This document shows, piece by piece, positions 63,561-64,000 of a DNA stretch of 64,000 bases. Source of the stretch: Syntrophales bacterium. Its GTDB lineage: Bacteria > Desulfobacterota > Syntrophia > Syntrophales > PHBD01. The stretch spans positions 2,784,001-2,848,000 of the forward strand of contig OY764159.1 in NCBI GenBank assembly GCA_963668175.1, given 5' to 3'. The notes under the pieces were generated by a model, which ran no database searches, was not told the DNA's origin, and worked only from the letters and a program-made list of their open reading frames with translations. Position numbers and translations under genes: made by a program. The number at the start of each line of letters is the position of its first letter. The stretch's first letter is position 1.

Positions 63561-64000
63561 TTAACCCAGTGTAGCGATCTTTCGCTTGATAAAACGTTCG
63601 ACCAGGGGGTCCTTCGTCTTGCCCAGGGCCTTCTGGTAGTATTCGAGGGCTTTCGCCTTGTCGTTCAGGGATTCGTAAATCCTCCCCAGGTTCCTGAAAT
63701 TCATGGACTCGAAATCCGCACCCGCCTTCGATTTCTCCGCTTTTTCGTAATACGAAAGAGCGGTCTTGAAATCGCCCTTGTTCTCGTAACAGTAGCCGAG
63801 GCCCGTGTAGGTGAGGGCCGTCAGGTCGTTGTCCTCCGGCCCCTGCTTGAGGTACGCCAGGTAGGCGGCCGTCGCCCCGTCGATGTCGTTCATACGGTAC
63901 AGGATGTTGCCCAGGCGGTACTGGGCCATGAGGCCGGCCGCGCTGTCCGGGTATTTCTTGGCGATATCCCTGTATTGGTTGAGGATGTCCTGCACATTCT
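63561..64000 (-). CDS. TPR protein (5' end outside the window)
   Basis: Three TPR-like units; the frame is open at the window edge. Confidence 0.75.
   Translation of the reverse strand, partial: NVQDILNQYRDIAKKYPDSAAGLMAQYRLGNILYRMNDIDGATAAYLAYLKQGPEDNDLTALTYTGLGYCYENKGDFKTALSYYEKAEKSKAGADFESMNFRNLGRIYESLNDKAKALEYYQKALGKTKDPLVERFIKRKIATLG

Overview
GC-rich bacterial chromosomal window. The gene content (iorAB, Tat-exported flavoprotein, PEP-CTERM proteins, many hybrid kinases) suggests an anaerobic Desulfobacterota/Syntrophales-like organism; this is inference. The backbone carries signalling genes (LysM-FecR-FN3 protein with a CHASE2 kinase, two hybrid kinases, an MCP, a PAS-LuxR regulator), housekeeping genes (dtd, guaB, dnaE, a cbpA/dnaJ-like gene, iorAB) and two sigma-54-type PEP-CTERM genes. 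The standout is a visibly AT-richer, three-part island at about 12.4-37.2 kb. It holds six proteins without signal peptides that have variable N-terminal domains: lysozyme/transglycosylase-like (four), possibly Ntox44-like (one) and hydrophobic (one); two also carry LysM. All six end in the same unrecognised ~108-aa C-terminal domain (…GCEMTAGDRKVVMD…TYAKNDxG…RIGDNDGITVRRPF). Each is preceded by an exported or membrane partner gene. This reads as an immunity-effector polymorphic toxin array with a C-terminal secretion tag, analogous in layout to the Xanthomonas T4SS X-Tfe/X-Tfi (XVIPCD) pairs but with no sequence match I recognise. The island shows stub duplications, mosaic recombination tracts, an in-frame amber codon, a poly-A frameshift and a MITE-like insertion. 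No secretion apparatus is encoded in the window.
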